A stretch of DNA of 63,702 nucleotides, filler included, from Anaerolineae bacterium (GCA_041082215.1; 6 parts of 6 records of this genome joined end to end with filler, not necessarily neighbours in it), one strand, 5' to 3'. Shown: positions 38,988-48,971, numbered from the whole stretch's first letter. Notes: generated from the letters alone by a model not told the origin. Program-made: numbers and translations.

Positions 38988-40346
38988 CTACTGGCCGTAT
39001 GCGTCCACCGCCGAAGCCTCGATCTCCTCGAGGACCGCCTCCAGGTCCGCCCCGCCCACGTAGTCCAGCACGCCGGTCCAGAAGGAGCCGGCGCCTACCG
39101 CCGCGGGCATCAGGTCAGAGCCGTCGAAGCGGGCCACCTCAGCCTCGACGATAGCCCGGGCCATGTTGCGCGTCAGGTCGTCGGGGTAGGCGTCCAGGCT
39201 GACGTTCTTGTTGGCGGAGATAAAGCCGCCCTGAGCAGCCCAGATCTCCTGCGGATCGGGGCTGGCCAGGTACTGGACGAACTGGCGGACCTCCGGGGTG
39301 TCGTTGAGCATCACGACAACGTCGCCGGCGATGAGGGCCGGGGTACCCCACTGCGGGTCAATGGGGGGCAGCGTGAAGAAGTTGTAATCCTCCCCGGCCG
39401 TAAGCCCCGCCGGGAAGAAGCCGGTGATGAAGGAGGCCTGCCGGTGCATGTAGCATCCGGGCGGCTCCTCGAACATCGGCGCTGGCGAGTTGCCGAAGTT
39501 GGTGCTCAGGACGCCCGTGGTGCCACCCCAGACGTAGTCCTCATTGCGGGCGATCTGGCCGAAGGTCTCCCAGGCCGCCACGACCGCCGGATCGGTCCAG
39601 GGGATCTCGTGGTTCACCCACTGGTCATAGACCTGGGGGCCGGCGGTGCGAAGCATGATGTCCTCGATCCAGTCGGTGCCGGGCCAGCCAGAGGCCGGGC
39701 CGCTCTCCAGGCCGATGCACCAGGGGGTGCCCCCGTCGGCGACGATCTGATCCGAAAGGGCGATCAGCTCGTCCCAGGTGGTGGGCACCTCGTAGCCGGC
39801 GGCCTCGAACGCCTTGGGGTTGTACCAGACCAGGCTCTTGATGGCGACCTTGTAGAAGATGCCGTAGAGGTGGCCGTCGTAGCTGCCCAGGTCAACCCAC
39901 GACTGGCCGTAGTCGGCGGCAACCTGGTTGACGTCCATAAAGGAATCGAGGGGGATCAGGTGTCCGGCTGCTGCCAGTTCGTACAACTGACCGGGGTTGG
40001 GGAGGATGGCTATATCCGGTGGGTTGCCGGCCTCCACCCGCGTGGTCAGCACCGCCGCCAGGTCCCGCGTGCCCTCAAAGGCGACCCCGATGCCGGTCTG
40101 CTCGCTGAAGGGGGCCACGGCGTCCTGGAAAGCAACCCGCTCGTCCCCACCCCAGACGCCCAGCACCGTGATCGTCCCCTTCGGGGCCGGCACTGTCACC
40201 TCCACTGTCCGCTCCACAGGGACCTCGACCGTCCGCTCGACAGGGACCTCAACGGTCACGGTGACGGTCCGGGGAGCGCAGCCTACCAGGAGCAGGCCAG
40301 CCACCAGTACAACGCTCACAATCATCCACCACATTCTGCGCGACAT
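38988..40346 (-). CDS. Sugar ABC substrate-binding lipoprotein (alpha-glucoside AglE-like)
   Basis: LVGC lipobox, KSLVWYNPK, WCIGLESGPASGWPGTDWIED, RFDGSDLMP. Confidence 0.9.
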   Translation of the reverse strand: MSRRMWWMIVSVVLVAGLLLVGCAPRTVTVTVEVPVERTVEVPVERTVEVTVPAPKGTITVLGVWGGDERVAFQDAVAPFSEQTGIGVAFEGTRDLAAVLTTRVEAGNPPDIAILPNPGQLYELAAAGHLIPLDSFMDVNQVAADYGQSWVDLGSYDGHLYGIFYKVAIKSLVWYNPKAFEAAGYEVPTTWDELIALSDQIVADGGTPWCIGLESGPASGWPGTDWIEDIMLRTAGPQVYDQWVNHEIPWTDPAVVAAWETFGQIARNEDYVWGGTTGVLSTNFGNSPAPMFEEPPGCYMHRQASFITGFFPAGLTAGEDYNFFTLPPIDPQWGTPALIAGDVVVMLNDTPEVRQFVQYLASPDPQEIWAAQGGFISANKNVSLDAYPDDLTRNMARAIVEAEVARFDGSDLMPAAVGAGSFWTGVLDYVGGADLEAVLEEIEASAVDAYGQ

Positions 40347-40421
40347 CTTTCTCCTCCTGCAAATATTGAGTCAGACAACATCCTGCCCGGTCGATCGAAG
40401 GCCCTAATCTGTCCCCCTGCC

Positions 40422-41471
40422 TCACCTCCTTTCACCAGATCGTTCCACAGCTCCGCACGATTGGCGGACGATCAGCTCGGTTTCCAGCATCACCTCTGTT
40501 TCCCTCGGCGGGTCTCCCTCGACAATACGGATCAGCAGCTCCCCCGCCGCCCAGCCCAGGCCGATGGCGGGGACCCGGATGGTGGTGAGAGGGGGAGTGA
40601 TGAAGCGGGCAGCGGTGATATCGTCGAAGCCCACGATGGCGATGTCCTGCGGGACGCGCAGGCCGCGATCCCGGATCGCCTTCAGGGAGCCGATGGCGAC
40701 CATGTCGCTGGCGACAAAAATGGCGGTGGGCGGCTCGGGGAGGTCCAGTAAGGAATCCGCCGCTTCCTGACCGCTCTCCTCGTCGAAGTTCCCGTAGCGC
40801 ACCAGCCCTTCGTCGAAGGGGATGCCAGCGGATTCCAGTGCCAGGCGGTATCCTTCGAGCCGTTGCTGGCTGGCGGTATAGGCGGGGGGGGCGTTGGTGA
40901 TCAGCCCGATCCGTTTGTGCCCAAGGGCGAGGAGATGGCCGACGGCCTGCACCGCTCCACGGGCGTTATCCACATCCACCGAAGGGATGTCCGCACCGGG
41001 CAGTCGGCCGTGGAGGACGAGGGGGAAGCCATCCCGGTGCAGTTCGAGGAGGCTGGGGTCGTCGGAGCGGGGGCCGGAGAGGATGAGGCCGTCGGTATGG
41101 CGGCCGCGGGCCAGTTCAACGTAGGCGTCGTCCGGCTCGTCCGGCTCGATGGGGCGGAAGAGGAGATGATAGCCGTAATGGCGGGCGGCACGGGTGATGC
41201 CCTGCAGGAGACCCGGCAGGAAGGCATCCCGGTAGGTGGCGTCGGGGCCCCGGTGCCAGACGAGGGCGATGGTGCGGGTGCGGCCGCTAGCCAGGCGGCG
41301 GGCGGAGACGTGGGGGTAGTAATCGAGCTGGCGGGCGGCATCGAGCACCCGCTGCCGGGTCTCCGGGCTGATTTTGACGTCGGGGACGTTGTTGAGGACA
41401 AAGGAGACGGTAGTGCGGGAGACGCCAGCCAGATTTGCGACATCGCGGGAGGTTGGCCTTTTCCGGCCCAT
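40422..41471 (-). CDS. LacI-family regulator
   Basis: TSRDVANLAGVSRTTVSFVLN, VPQDIAIVGFDD, LIVRQS. Confidence 0.95.
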   Translation of the reverse strand: MGRKRPTSRDVANLAGVSRTTVSFVLNNVPDVKISPETRQRVLDAARQLDYYPHVSARRLASGRTRTIALVWHRGPDATYRDAFLPGLLQGITRAARHYGYHLLFRPIEPDEPDDAYVELARGRHTDGLILSGPRSDDPSLLELHRDGFPLVLHGRLPGADIPSVDVDNARGAVQAVGHLLALGHKRIGLITNAPPAYTASQQRLEGYRLALESAGIPFDEGLVRYGNFDEESGQEAADSLLDLPEPPTAIFVASDMVAIGSLKAIRDRGLRVPQDIAIVGFDDITAARFITPPLTTIRVPAIGLGWAAGELLIRIVEGDPPRETEVMLETELIVRQSCGAVERSGERR

Positions 41472-41485
41472 TCCCCCTCCTGTGA

Positions 41486-41544
41486 TTAACACGTGTCAGT
41501 AACGCGCTTTACTTAAGTATACTCGAAAATCGTCCGGTTGTCAA
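41486..41544 (-). promoter_or_regulatory. Promoter with two LacI-type operator candidates
   Basis: TTGACA(41544-41539)-17 nt-TATACT(41521-41516); GTAAAGCGCGTTAC (41512-41499) and ACACGTGT core (41489-41496). Confidence 0.7.
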
Positions 41545-41783
41545 GGCCGTTTTGTCGGNNNNNNNNNNNNNNNNNNNNNNNNNNNNNNNNNNNNNNNNNN
41601 NNTTAATTAATTAANNNNNNNNNNNNNNNNNNNNNNNNNNNNNNNNNNNNNNNNNNNNAACTCCTGCTTACGAAGAATTTTAGCCAGGAGGGATGGTTTT
41701 GTCAAAGCCGGCTCACAGGCCTGCCTTGAACTCCTCCCCGCTGGTGTTATAATGCAGCTCGATGACCCATAAGGAGGTACAGT

Positions 41784-42425
41784 ATGGCCCCCCTCTTCTA
41801 TCCATCCTTCCAGGCCCTGAATCTGGCCGACGTGATCTTCCGGGAGGTTGCCAGCCGTGTGGAGGGCTTCATCGGCCGCATCGGCGCTGCCTGGTACTGG
41901 AGGCTGGCCGGCGGGACGCTGGTCACCTTTCGCCTCGACTACACCGTCACCGAAGAGCGATGGGACGTGATCCGCGGTCAGGCGACGAACCCCCGCGTCG
42001 GCCTCTTCAACTTTGCCGACTACCCCTTCGCCCTCTACGCCACAGCCCTCTCCTCCCCACCCTACATCCACGACCTTCAGGGGGTTGCCGAATGGGCCAA
42101 CCGTCTCTACTTCAATATGGGCCATATGATCATCGAGATGGCCCAGTGGCTCCAGATGCTCCAGGCAGCGGTCATCGCCCCTCACGTCGCCCCTCCCTCC
42201 GCCTTCCCCTACCTGAATCCTGTGGAACGGGAGCTGGTCCGCTACGCCCTGAACGAGCTGGACGGCCGCTTCGACCTGGCAAGGCTCCAGGCCGTCTTTG
42301 GTGACCGCATCTCCCGCCGTCGGCTGAGCCGCCTGGCCCAGGAGTGGGAAGCCCTGGGCCTGCTGACCTCCCGCCCCCGCCGGGTGACCTACGCCCTGCA
42401 GGCCCTGATCGCTTCGGAAGAATGA
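41784..42425 (+). CDS. Hypothetical protein, possible C-terminal winged helix
   Basis: AAGGAGG RBS, upstream TGtTATAAT, host codon usage, ATGA overlap with the next gene. Confidence 0.75.
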   Translation: MAPLFYPSFQALNLADVIFREVASRVEGFIGRIGAAWYWRLAGGTLVTFRLDYTVTEERWDVIRGQATNPRVGLFNFADYPFALYATALSSPPYIHDLQGVAEWANRLYFNMGHMIIEMAQWLQMLQAAVIAPHVAPPSAFPYLNPVERELVRYALNELDGRFDLARLQAVFGDRISRRRLSRLAQEWEALGLLTSRPRRVTYALQALIASEE

Positions 42426-43132
42426 GCACACTTCTGGAGAACGCCTTCGTCGTCGAGGCCGTGCCGGGGGACCCCTACCACTGCTTCCGCCTTCATACCC
42501 CCACTATCGCTCGCTCCATACGGCCCGGCCAGTTCGTCTCCGCCGACCTGGGCGGCCTTCTCCGCACCCCTCTCCTGCCTGCCGCTGTCGGGGAGGAGGG
42601 GCTGGACCTGCTGGTCCCTCCCGATCACCCCGCCGTGGCCCTCCTTCCGGGCCAGGAAGTCAGCCTCCTCGGCCCCCTGGGCACCCCTTTGCCCCACCCC
42701 ACCCCTCTCACCCGGCTCCTGCTCATCGCCGACCTCCATCGCCTCCCCGCTCTCCTGCCTCTGGCCCACCGTGCCGTGGCCGCCGGCTGTTCGGCTGCCC
42801 TGGCCCTCTCCACCCCCGCCACCGGGGCCCTTTTCTCCTTCCTCCCACCGGCCCTCGAGGTCCACACCCTTCAGTTGCACGACCCGTCTCTGCTGGAGTG
42901 GGCGGGCTGGGTGGTGGCCGCGGCGGACCCGGCCCTCTACCCTGTCCTGGCGGAGGAGATGCGGGCGGTGCGGATGGAGCCAGCGACAGGCTTTGCCCAC
43001 GCCCTCCTCCTCCCACCCCTCGCCTGCGGCGTGGGAGCCTGCCGGGGCTGCGCCGTTGCCACCCGCCGGGGCTACCGCCTGGCCTGTACAGGCGGTCCCT
43101 TCTTTGACCTGATGGAGCTGGAGGTGGCGTGA
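42422..43132 (+). CDS. Divergent PyrK-like FAD/[2Fe-2S] protein
   Basis: RPGQFV, LGPLG, ACGVGACRGC...C retained; GGG nucleotide loop and CGP motif absent. Confidence 0.8.
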   Translation: MSTLLENAFVVEAVPGDPYHCFRLHTPTIARSIRPGQFVSADLGGLLRTPLLPAAVGEEGLDLLVPPDHPAVALLPGQEVSLLGPLGTPLPHPTPLTRLLLIADLHRLPALLPLAHRAVAAGCSAALALSTPATGALFSFLPPALEVHTLQLHDPSLLEWAGWVVAAADPALYPVLAEEMRAVRMEPATGFAHALLLPPLACGVGACRGCAVATRRGYRLACTGGPFFDLMELEVA

Positions 43133-43133
43133 G

Positions 43134-43934
43134 TTGATCGAGCTCGCCCCTCGCCACAAGATTGGCCTTTCTCTCCCCAACCCCGTGATGGTCGCCGCCG
43201 GATGCTGGGGGATGGGAAGCGAGTACGGGGGGCTGGTGGATGTGGCTTCCCTCGGCGCGGTGGTGGTGGGGCCGCTGACGGCAACCCCCCGGCGGGGGGC
43301 CTCCCCACCCCGCCTCGTGCCCGTCCCCGGCGGCCTTCTCCTGCACACCGGCCTGGACAACCCCGGCCTCCCCGCCGCTATCCGGCGCTACGGCCGCATC
43401 TGGGCACGGAGTCCGGTGCCGGTGCTTCTCCACCTGGCCGCCACCACCTCCGCCGAGGTGACGGCTGCCTGTGAGCAGTTGGGTGGAGTGGAGGGGGTGG
43501 CAGGCATCGAGCTGGGGCTGTGGGACAGGATCGGGCCGACGGAGGCCGGTGCGATGGTGGCGGCGGCGGTCGCTGCCGCCTCCCAGCCCCTGCTGGTCCG
43601 TCTTCCCCTGGCCCAGGCCCATGAACTGGCCCCCATCGTCGTCCAGGCCGGGGCCGTCGCCCTCACCGTCGGAGCGCCGCCCCGGGGCACCGCTTTCCAC
43701 CAGGGCCGGTTCGTCACCGGCCGGCTCTACGGCCCCTTCGTCCTCCCGCTGGCGCTGCGGGCGCTGCGGCAGGTGGTTGGGCTGGTGGATGTGCCGCTGA
43801 TCGGCTGCGGGGGGGTCTATTCGGCCGCCGACGCCCAGGCCTTCCTCCGCGCCGGGGCTACGGCAGTGCAGGTGGACGCCGCCATCTGGCAGGACCCGAC
43901 CGCTCCGGCCCGGATTGGCCGGGAGGTGGGGTAG
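43134..43934 (+). CDS. Divergent PyrD-like FMN barrel protein
   Basis: NPVMVAAG, GLDNPG, GRLYGP, IGCGGV, GATAVQV; NxSCPN catalytic loop absent. Confidence 0.8.
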   Translation: MIELAPRHKIGLSLPNPVMVAAGCWGMGSEYGGLVDVASLGAVVVGPLTATPRRGASPPRLVPVPGGLLLHTGLDNPGLPAAIRRYGRIWARSPVPVLLHLAATTSAEVTAACEQLGGVEGVAGIELGLWDRIGPTEAGAMVAAAVAAASQPLLVRLPLAQAHELAPIVVQAGAVALTVGAPPRGTAFHQGRFVTGRLYGPFVLPLALRALRQVVGLVDVPLIGCGGVYSAADAQAFLRAGATAVQVDAAIWQDPTAPARIGREVG

Positions 43935-44006
43935 GACAACCGCTACGGGCTTCGTGGGACAAAGGGAAGTGTGGTATAATGGCGTAATGGAGGGGGAAAG
44001 AGAAAA

Positions 44007-44213
44007 ATGAGACAAGTGATAATCTATCCCGGCGAGGACGGCTACTGGGTCGCCGAGTGTCCCAGCCTGCCAGGGTGCATCAGTCAGGGTCGAACAAGAG
44101 AGGAAGCGATCACAAATATCAAAATCGCTATCCAAGAATATATCGCTGCACTGGAAGAGGATGGTCTGCCCGTGCCGAAGGAGAACTTTGACACCATGCT
44201 GGTTGCTGTATGA
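44007..44213 (+). CDS. hicB: HicB-family antitoxin (short, no DNA-binding domain)
   Basis: YWVAECPSLPGCISQGRTREEAITNIKIAI. Confidence 0.9.
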   Translation: MRQVIIYPGEDGYWVAECPSLPGCISQGRTREEAITNIKIAIQEYIAALEEDGLPVPKENFDTMLVAV

Positions 44214-44430
44214 GCAGGCTTCCACGGATCTCCGGCCGCGAGTGCGCCAAAGCGCTGATAAAGGTTGGCTTCTACCTGAAAAGGCAAAGAGGCAGCCACA
44301 TAATTCTGCGGCGGGATGAACCTTTCGCCCAGGTCATCATACCGGACATGAAGAGCTGGACAGGGGCACGCTGCGGGCAATCATCAGACACGCCGGACTT
44401 ACTGTGGATGAGTTCAGAGGCCTGCTCTGA
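44210..44430 (+). pseudogene. hicA: HicA-family toxin with 1-nt frameshift
   Basis: RQRGSHIIL..IIPD, then the family C-terminus HEELDRGTLRAIIRHAGLTVDEFRGLL* is in another frame from ~44347. Confidence 0.85.
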
Positions 44431-44438
44431 GGATTGAA

Positions 44439-47400
44439 ATGGCAAGAGGACTCAAGGGACTGGTTGGAAAGCTGATCGGCGACGCCAACGCGCGGGAGAT
44501 CGCGCGGCTCCAGAGGACTGTCGAGCGGATCAACGCGCTGGAGCCGCAGATGGAGGCGCTCTCCGACGAGGCACTGCAGGCCAGGACAGTGGAATTCCGC
44601 CGTCGGCTGGCCCGGGGAGAGAAACCAGACGACCTGCTAGTGGAGGCCTTCGCCGCCGTGCGGGAGGCCAGCAGACGGACGACCGGCCTGCGCCACTACG
44701 ACGTCCAGCTCATCGGCGGGATGATCCTCCACCAGGGGAAGATCGTCGAGATGAAGACGGGCGAAGGGAAGACCCTCGTCGCCACCCTGCCCCTCTACCT
44801 GAACGGGCTGACCCTCAACCCGGAGTGGGTGGAGCGGGCACGGAAGCGGTGGGGGAATAACCCCGACCGCTGGGAGTTTGCGCCGATAGACGGCGTGCCG
44901 GTGGGCCGGGGAGTCCACCTGGTCACCCCCAACGACTACCTCTCCAAGTTCGGCGTCCAGTGGATGGGCCCCATTTACCACGCCCTGGGGATGACCGTCG
45001 GCGTCATCCAGTCGGCGGCGGAGCGGCCGGAGCTGGGCTCCTTCCTCTTCGACCCCGAGTACCCCTCCACCGACGACCGCTACCTGAACCTGCGCCCCGT
45101 TCCCCGCCGCGAGGCCTACAACGCCGACATCACCTACGGCACCAATAACGAGTTCGGCTTCGACTACCTGCGGGATAACCTGGTACGGGACCTCAGCGAT
45201 CAGGTGCAGCGGGAGCTCTTCTACGCCATCGTTGACGAAGTAGATAACATCCTCATTGACGAGGCCCGCACTCCTCTCATCATTTCCGGGCCGGCGGAGG
45301 AATCGTCGGAACTATACCGCCGCTTCTCCGACATCGCCCGCCAGCTCCGCCGGGATGTCCACTACGAGGTGGACGAGCGGTCGCTGAACGTCACCCTCAC
45401 CGAGGAAGGGGTCAACAAAGTCGAATCGTTGCTGCCGGAGATCGGCCCCGAAGAGAGCCTCTACGACCCCCAGCATGCCTACATGCTCCCCTACCTGGAC
45501 AACGCCCTCCGCGCCCACGCCGTCTACAAACGGGATAAAGACTACATCGTCAAAGACGGCGAGGTGATCATCGTGGACGAATTCACCGGCCGGCTGATGT
45601 ACGGCCGGCGGTACGCCGAAGGGCTCCACCAGGCCATCGAGGCGAAAGAAGGGGTGACGGTCCGGGAGGAAAGCCTGACCTACGCCACCATCACTTTCCA
45701 GAACTACTTCCGCATGTACGGGAAGCTGGCGGGGATGACCGGGACGGCGGCAACGGAGAAGGAGGAGTTCCAGAAAATCTACAACCTGGACGTGGTGGTG
45801 CTGCCCACCAACGTCGAGTACCGGGCCATGTTCGGCGACCTGACGGCCCGGGAGGTGCCGGTACGGGAACTGCCCGAGGTCGCCTTCGCCGGCGTGCTGA
45901 ACGGACGGGACGACATCCCTGTAACGATCTACGAAAATCGGAGGGGAGAACGATACTACCGGCGCCTCGACCTGGACGACGTGGTCTACCAGACCGAGCG
46001 AGCCAAGTTCCGGGCGGTGGTCGAGGAGATCGAAGCCCTCCACAAAGCGGGACGGCCGGTCCTGGTGGGTACGGTGGCTATTGAGACCTCCGAGCGGCTC
46101 TCCCAAATGCTGAAAAAACGGGGAATCCCCCACAATGTCCTCAACGCCAAGTACCATGAGCAGGAAGCGGTCATTATCGCCCAGGCCGGACGGTCCGGCG
46201 CGGTGACGATCGCCACCAACATGGCTGGCCGGGGCGTGGACATCCTGCTGGGAGGGAATCCGGAGGGGCTGGCCCGAGAGCGGCTCCGCCAGGAAGGGTA
46301 TGATCTGACCCAGATCCGGCAGGCCCACTGGAATGAGGCGGTGGAGATGATCCGCCGCGGGGAGGACCCCACAGAGCGCTTCCCCGAGCGGTGGGCGGAG
46401 GTGCTGGCCCGGTCCGCTGCCGAATGCGCGGCGGACCGGCAGAAGGTGGTGGCGCTGGGCGGCCTTCACGTCCTCGGCACCGAGCGGCACGAGGCCCGCC
46501 GTATAGATAACCAGCTCCGCGGCCGGGCCGGGCGGCAGGGAGACCCCGGCTCCTCCCGCTTCTATCTCTCCCTGGAAGACGAGCTGATGCGCCGCTTCGG
46601 CGGCGAGCGGGTCCAGGCCTGGATGTCCCGCACCGGCATGGAGGACACGCCTCTGGAATTCAGCATCCTCAGCAAGACCATCGAGTCGGTCCAGAAGCGG
46701 GTGGAGGGGTACAACTTCGACATCCGCAAGCATGTGCTGGAATACGACGACGTCGTCAACAAGCAGCGGGAGGTGATCTATACCCAGCGGCGGGAGGTGC
46801 TCACCAAGCGGGACCTCAGGGAGCAGGTGCTGCGGATGGTCCGCCACGAAATAGAGGGGCTTCTGGCCCTTCATTGCCCAGGGGAGGACCCGGAGGAGTG
46901 GAGCCTGAAGGAGCTGTACGGGGAGCTGCGGGGCTTCCTCCCTCTCCCGCCCCAGTTCGACTACCGCCAGTGGGCCACCCTCTCCCGCGCTGAGCTCCAG
47001 GAGCAGTTGACCAGGCAGGCCGAGCAGGCCTACGAGGCATTGAACCACGCCCTCGGTCACCAGCTATATCGGGAAGCGGTGCAGCAGGACGCAACGCTGG
47101 AGCTGATACGCGCCAGCAATGACCCTCTCCGCCGGTTGATCTACGAGCGGGTGGTCGAGCAACTCGGCGGGGAGCCGGACGAAGCCGTGCGAACCGTCCC
47201 CCTCCGCCGCCTGCCGACGGAGATGGGGGAGAAGGTCGAGCAGGCCTTTGTCGAAGCGGTGCGTGTCTATCGGGACCGCCAGATTATCCTCAACGCGGTG
47301 GATTCCCTCTGGATCCGTCATCTGACCGACCTCTCCGTCCTCCGGGAGGGGATCGGCCTCCGGGCCTTTGGCCAGCAGAACCCGCTGGTCGCCTACCGCA

Positions 47401-47771
47401 AGGAGGCCCACGAGATGTACCAGGAGCTGCTGGGCCGGATCCAATCCCAGGTCGCCCACACGCTGTTCCTGGTGCCGGCGGAGGCCCTCCCCCGGCCCCG
47501 GCAGCGGCTGCCTTTGAGGACCGTGCGGCCAGGCGTGCCGGTCGGCGCTCCCCCTCCCCGCCCCGCTCCCCAGCGGCGGCAGGCCCCCGACACCTCCCTG
47601 CCCGCCGGACAGCCGGCCCGCAAGCTCGGCCGCAACGATCCCTGCTGGTGCGGAAGCGGGAAGAAGTACAAGAACTGCCACCTGCGGCAGGATCAGGAAG
47701 CTCAGCGAGAGCATGTCGTATCTGTTCGTCCGCCCCAGACCCCCGGCCGCCCAAGGCGGCGCAGGGGCTGA
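44439..47771 (+). CDS. secA: Preprotein translocase ATPase SecA
   Basis: MKTGEGKT, DEVDNILIDEARTPLIISG, ATNMAGRG, GRQGDPG, SEC-C CWCGSGKKYKNCH. Confidence 0.98.
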   Translation: MARGLKGLVGKLIGDANAREIARLQRTVERINALEPQMEALSDEALQARTVEFRRRLARGEKPDDLLVEAFAAVREASRRTTGLRHYDVQLIGGMILHQGKIVEMKTGEGKTLVATLPLYLNGLTLNPEWVERARKRWGNNPDRWEFAPIDGVPVGRGVHLVTPNDYLSKFGVQWMGPIYHALGMTVGVIQSAAERPELGSFLFDPEYPSTDDRYLNLRPVPRREAYNADITYGTNNEFGFDYLRDNLVRDLSDQVQRELFYAIVDEVDNILIDEARTPLIISGPAEESSELYRRFSDIARQLRRDVHYEVDERSLNVTLTEEGVNKVESLLPEIGPEESLYDPQHAYMLPYLDNALRAHAVYKRDKDYIVKDGEVIIVDEFTGRLMYGRRYAEGLHQAIEAKEGVTVREESLTYATITFQNYFRMYGKLAGMTGTAATEKEEFQKIYNLDVVVLPTNVEYRAMFGDLTAREVPVRELPEVAFAGVLNGRDDIPVTIYENRRGERYYRRLDLDDVVYQTERAKFRAVVEEIEALHKAGRPVLVGTVAIETSERLSQMLKKRGIPHNVLNAKYHEQEAVIIAQAGRSGAVTIATNMAGRGVDILLGGNPEGLARERLRQEGYDLTQIRQAHWNEAVEMIRRGEDPTERFPERWAEVLARSAAECAADRQKVVALGGLHVLGTERHEARRIDNQLRGRAGRQGDPGSSRFYLSLEDELMRRFGGERVQAWMSRTGMEDTPLEFSILSKTIESVQKRVEGYNFDIRKHVLEYDDVVNKQREVIYTQRREVLTKRDLREQVLRMVRHEIEGLLALHCPGEDPEEWSLKELYGELRGFLPLPPQFDYRQWATLSRAELQEQLTRQAEQAYEALNHALGHQLYREAVQQDATLELIRASNDPLRRLIYERVVEQLGGEPDEAVRTVPLRRLPTEMGEKVEQAFVEAVRVYRDRQIILNAVDSLWIRHLTDLSVLREGIGLRAFGQQNPLVAYRKEAHEMYQELLGRIQSQVAHTLFLVPAEALPRPRQRLPLRTVRPGVPVGAPPPRPAPQRRQAPDTSLPAGQPARKLGRNDPCWCGSGKKYKNCHLRQDQEAQREHVVSVRPPQTPGRPRRRRG

Positions 47772-47798
47772 GACGGCGTAAGGAAGCAGGAGGAAAGG

Positions 47799-48167
47799 AT
47801 GGAGCAGGACCTGGTGAGCCGATTGATGGCCGATATGGATCCCGATCTGCTGGCATTTCTGACCACAAAGGTCAACTCCTTCGTCAAGTGGGACCTGATC
47901 CGCTTCTTCCACGAAAATCCCCATACCACCGACACAGCGGAAAACATCGCCCGCTATGCCGGCCGAAACGTGGAGACGACCCGGGCCGAGCTGGCCGAGC
48001 TGGCTGCCCAGGGGGTGCTCACGGAAAGCCGGCTGGGCAAAATGACCGTCTACTCGCTGACGAACGACCCAGAGATCCGGGGATTGATCCGGCGCTTCGT
48101 GGAAGCCTCCGATGATCGCCAGTTCCGGGTCAAGGCCATCTACCACATCATCCGCAATATGCGATAA
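47799..48167 (+). CDS. Small hypothetical protein, probable winged helix
   Basis: AGGAGG RBS; TAENIARYAGRNVETTRAELAELAAQGVL...YSLT pattern. Confidence 0.75.
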   Translation: MEQDLVSRLMADMDPDLLAFLTTKVNSFVKWDLIRFFHENPHTTDTAENIARYAGRNVETTRAELAELAAQGVLTESRLGKMTVYSLTNDPEIRGLIRRFVEASDDRQFRVKAIYHIIRNMR

Positions 48168-48199
48168 GATGCGGAACGCAGATGTGAAAGGGGGCTGCG

Positions 48200-48961
48200 A
48201 TGGAACGAGTGAAAACAGGTGTGACCGGCCTGGACGAGATGTTGCGCGGCGGATTGATCCCACAGACGGCCACCCTGGTCGAAGGGGCGCCCGGCACCGG
48301 GAAGACGACGCTGGGTATGCAGTTCATCCACTGCGGGATCACCCTCTACAATGAGCCCGGCATCATCCTCACCTTCGAGCAGTTCCCCAGTCAGTATTAC
48401 CGCGATGCAAACAATTTCGGTTGGGATTTCAAGAGGCTGGAACAGGAGGGGAAGCTGCGCATCATCATGACCAGCCCGGAGGTCTCTCAGGCCTACCTGG
48501 AAGAGGCCGGAGGGCAGATCGAGGAACTGGCCCGCGAGATGGGAGCCCGCCGTATTCTGGTGGACAGCATCACCCACTTCGAGCGACTGGCCAGAGACCC
48601 GGTCCAGCTCCGACAGATGATCTACAGTTTCATCAACGGCCTTAAACGGGAAGGATTGACCGCCGTCCTGACCCGCGAAAGCCCTGTCCTTCTGGGAGAA
48701 GCAGAGGGGATGGACGAAAGCGTCCCCTTCCTGGTAGATACCTACATCCTCCTGCGGTACGTTGAAATGGAGAGCGCCATCCGTAAGGCGCTCCTGGTGC
48801 TCAAGATGAGAGGCAGCGACCACGATAAGGACATCCGCCAGTTCACGATCACCGACCACGGGATCGAAGTTCAGTCCAGATTTGAGGGACAGGAGGGGAT
48901 CATGAGCGGCAGCCCGCGCCGCATGGCCGACTCTTTTGTCCAGGCCTTCGTCCGCCGTTGA
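48200..48961 (+). CDS. Single-domain KaiC/RAD55-family ATPase
   Basis: TGVTGLDEML.GG, GAPGTGKT, ILVDS, KMRGSDHD. Confidence 0.92.
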   Translation: MERVKTGVTGLDEMLRGGLIPQTATLVEGAPGTGKTTLGMQFIHCGITLYNEPGIILTFEQFPSQYYRDANNFGWDFKRLEQEGKLRIIMTSPEVSQAYLEEAGGQIEELAREMGARRILVDSITHFERLARDPVQLRQMIYSFINGLKREGLTAVLTRESPVLLGEAEGMDESVPFLVDTYILLRYVEMESAIRKALLVLKMRGSDHDKDIRQFTITDHGIEVQSRFEGQEGIMSGSPRRMADSFVQAFVRR

Positions 48962-48971
48962 GGAACAGGGT

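Noticed and set aside
40190..40266. 24-nt repeats encoding TVEVPVER in the sugar-binding lipoprotein
   Set aside because: Low-complexity tether after the lipobox, common in such lipoproteins
44800..47260. Extra segments in SecA as possible inteins
   Set aside because: Short, with no intein terminal residues (C/S...HN) or endonuclease motifs; look like lineage-specific insertions
48200..48961. Circadian clock kaiC
   Set aside because: Single domain, no recognisable phosphosites, no kaiA/kaiB nearby
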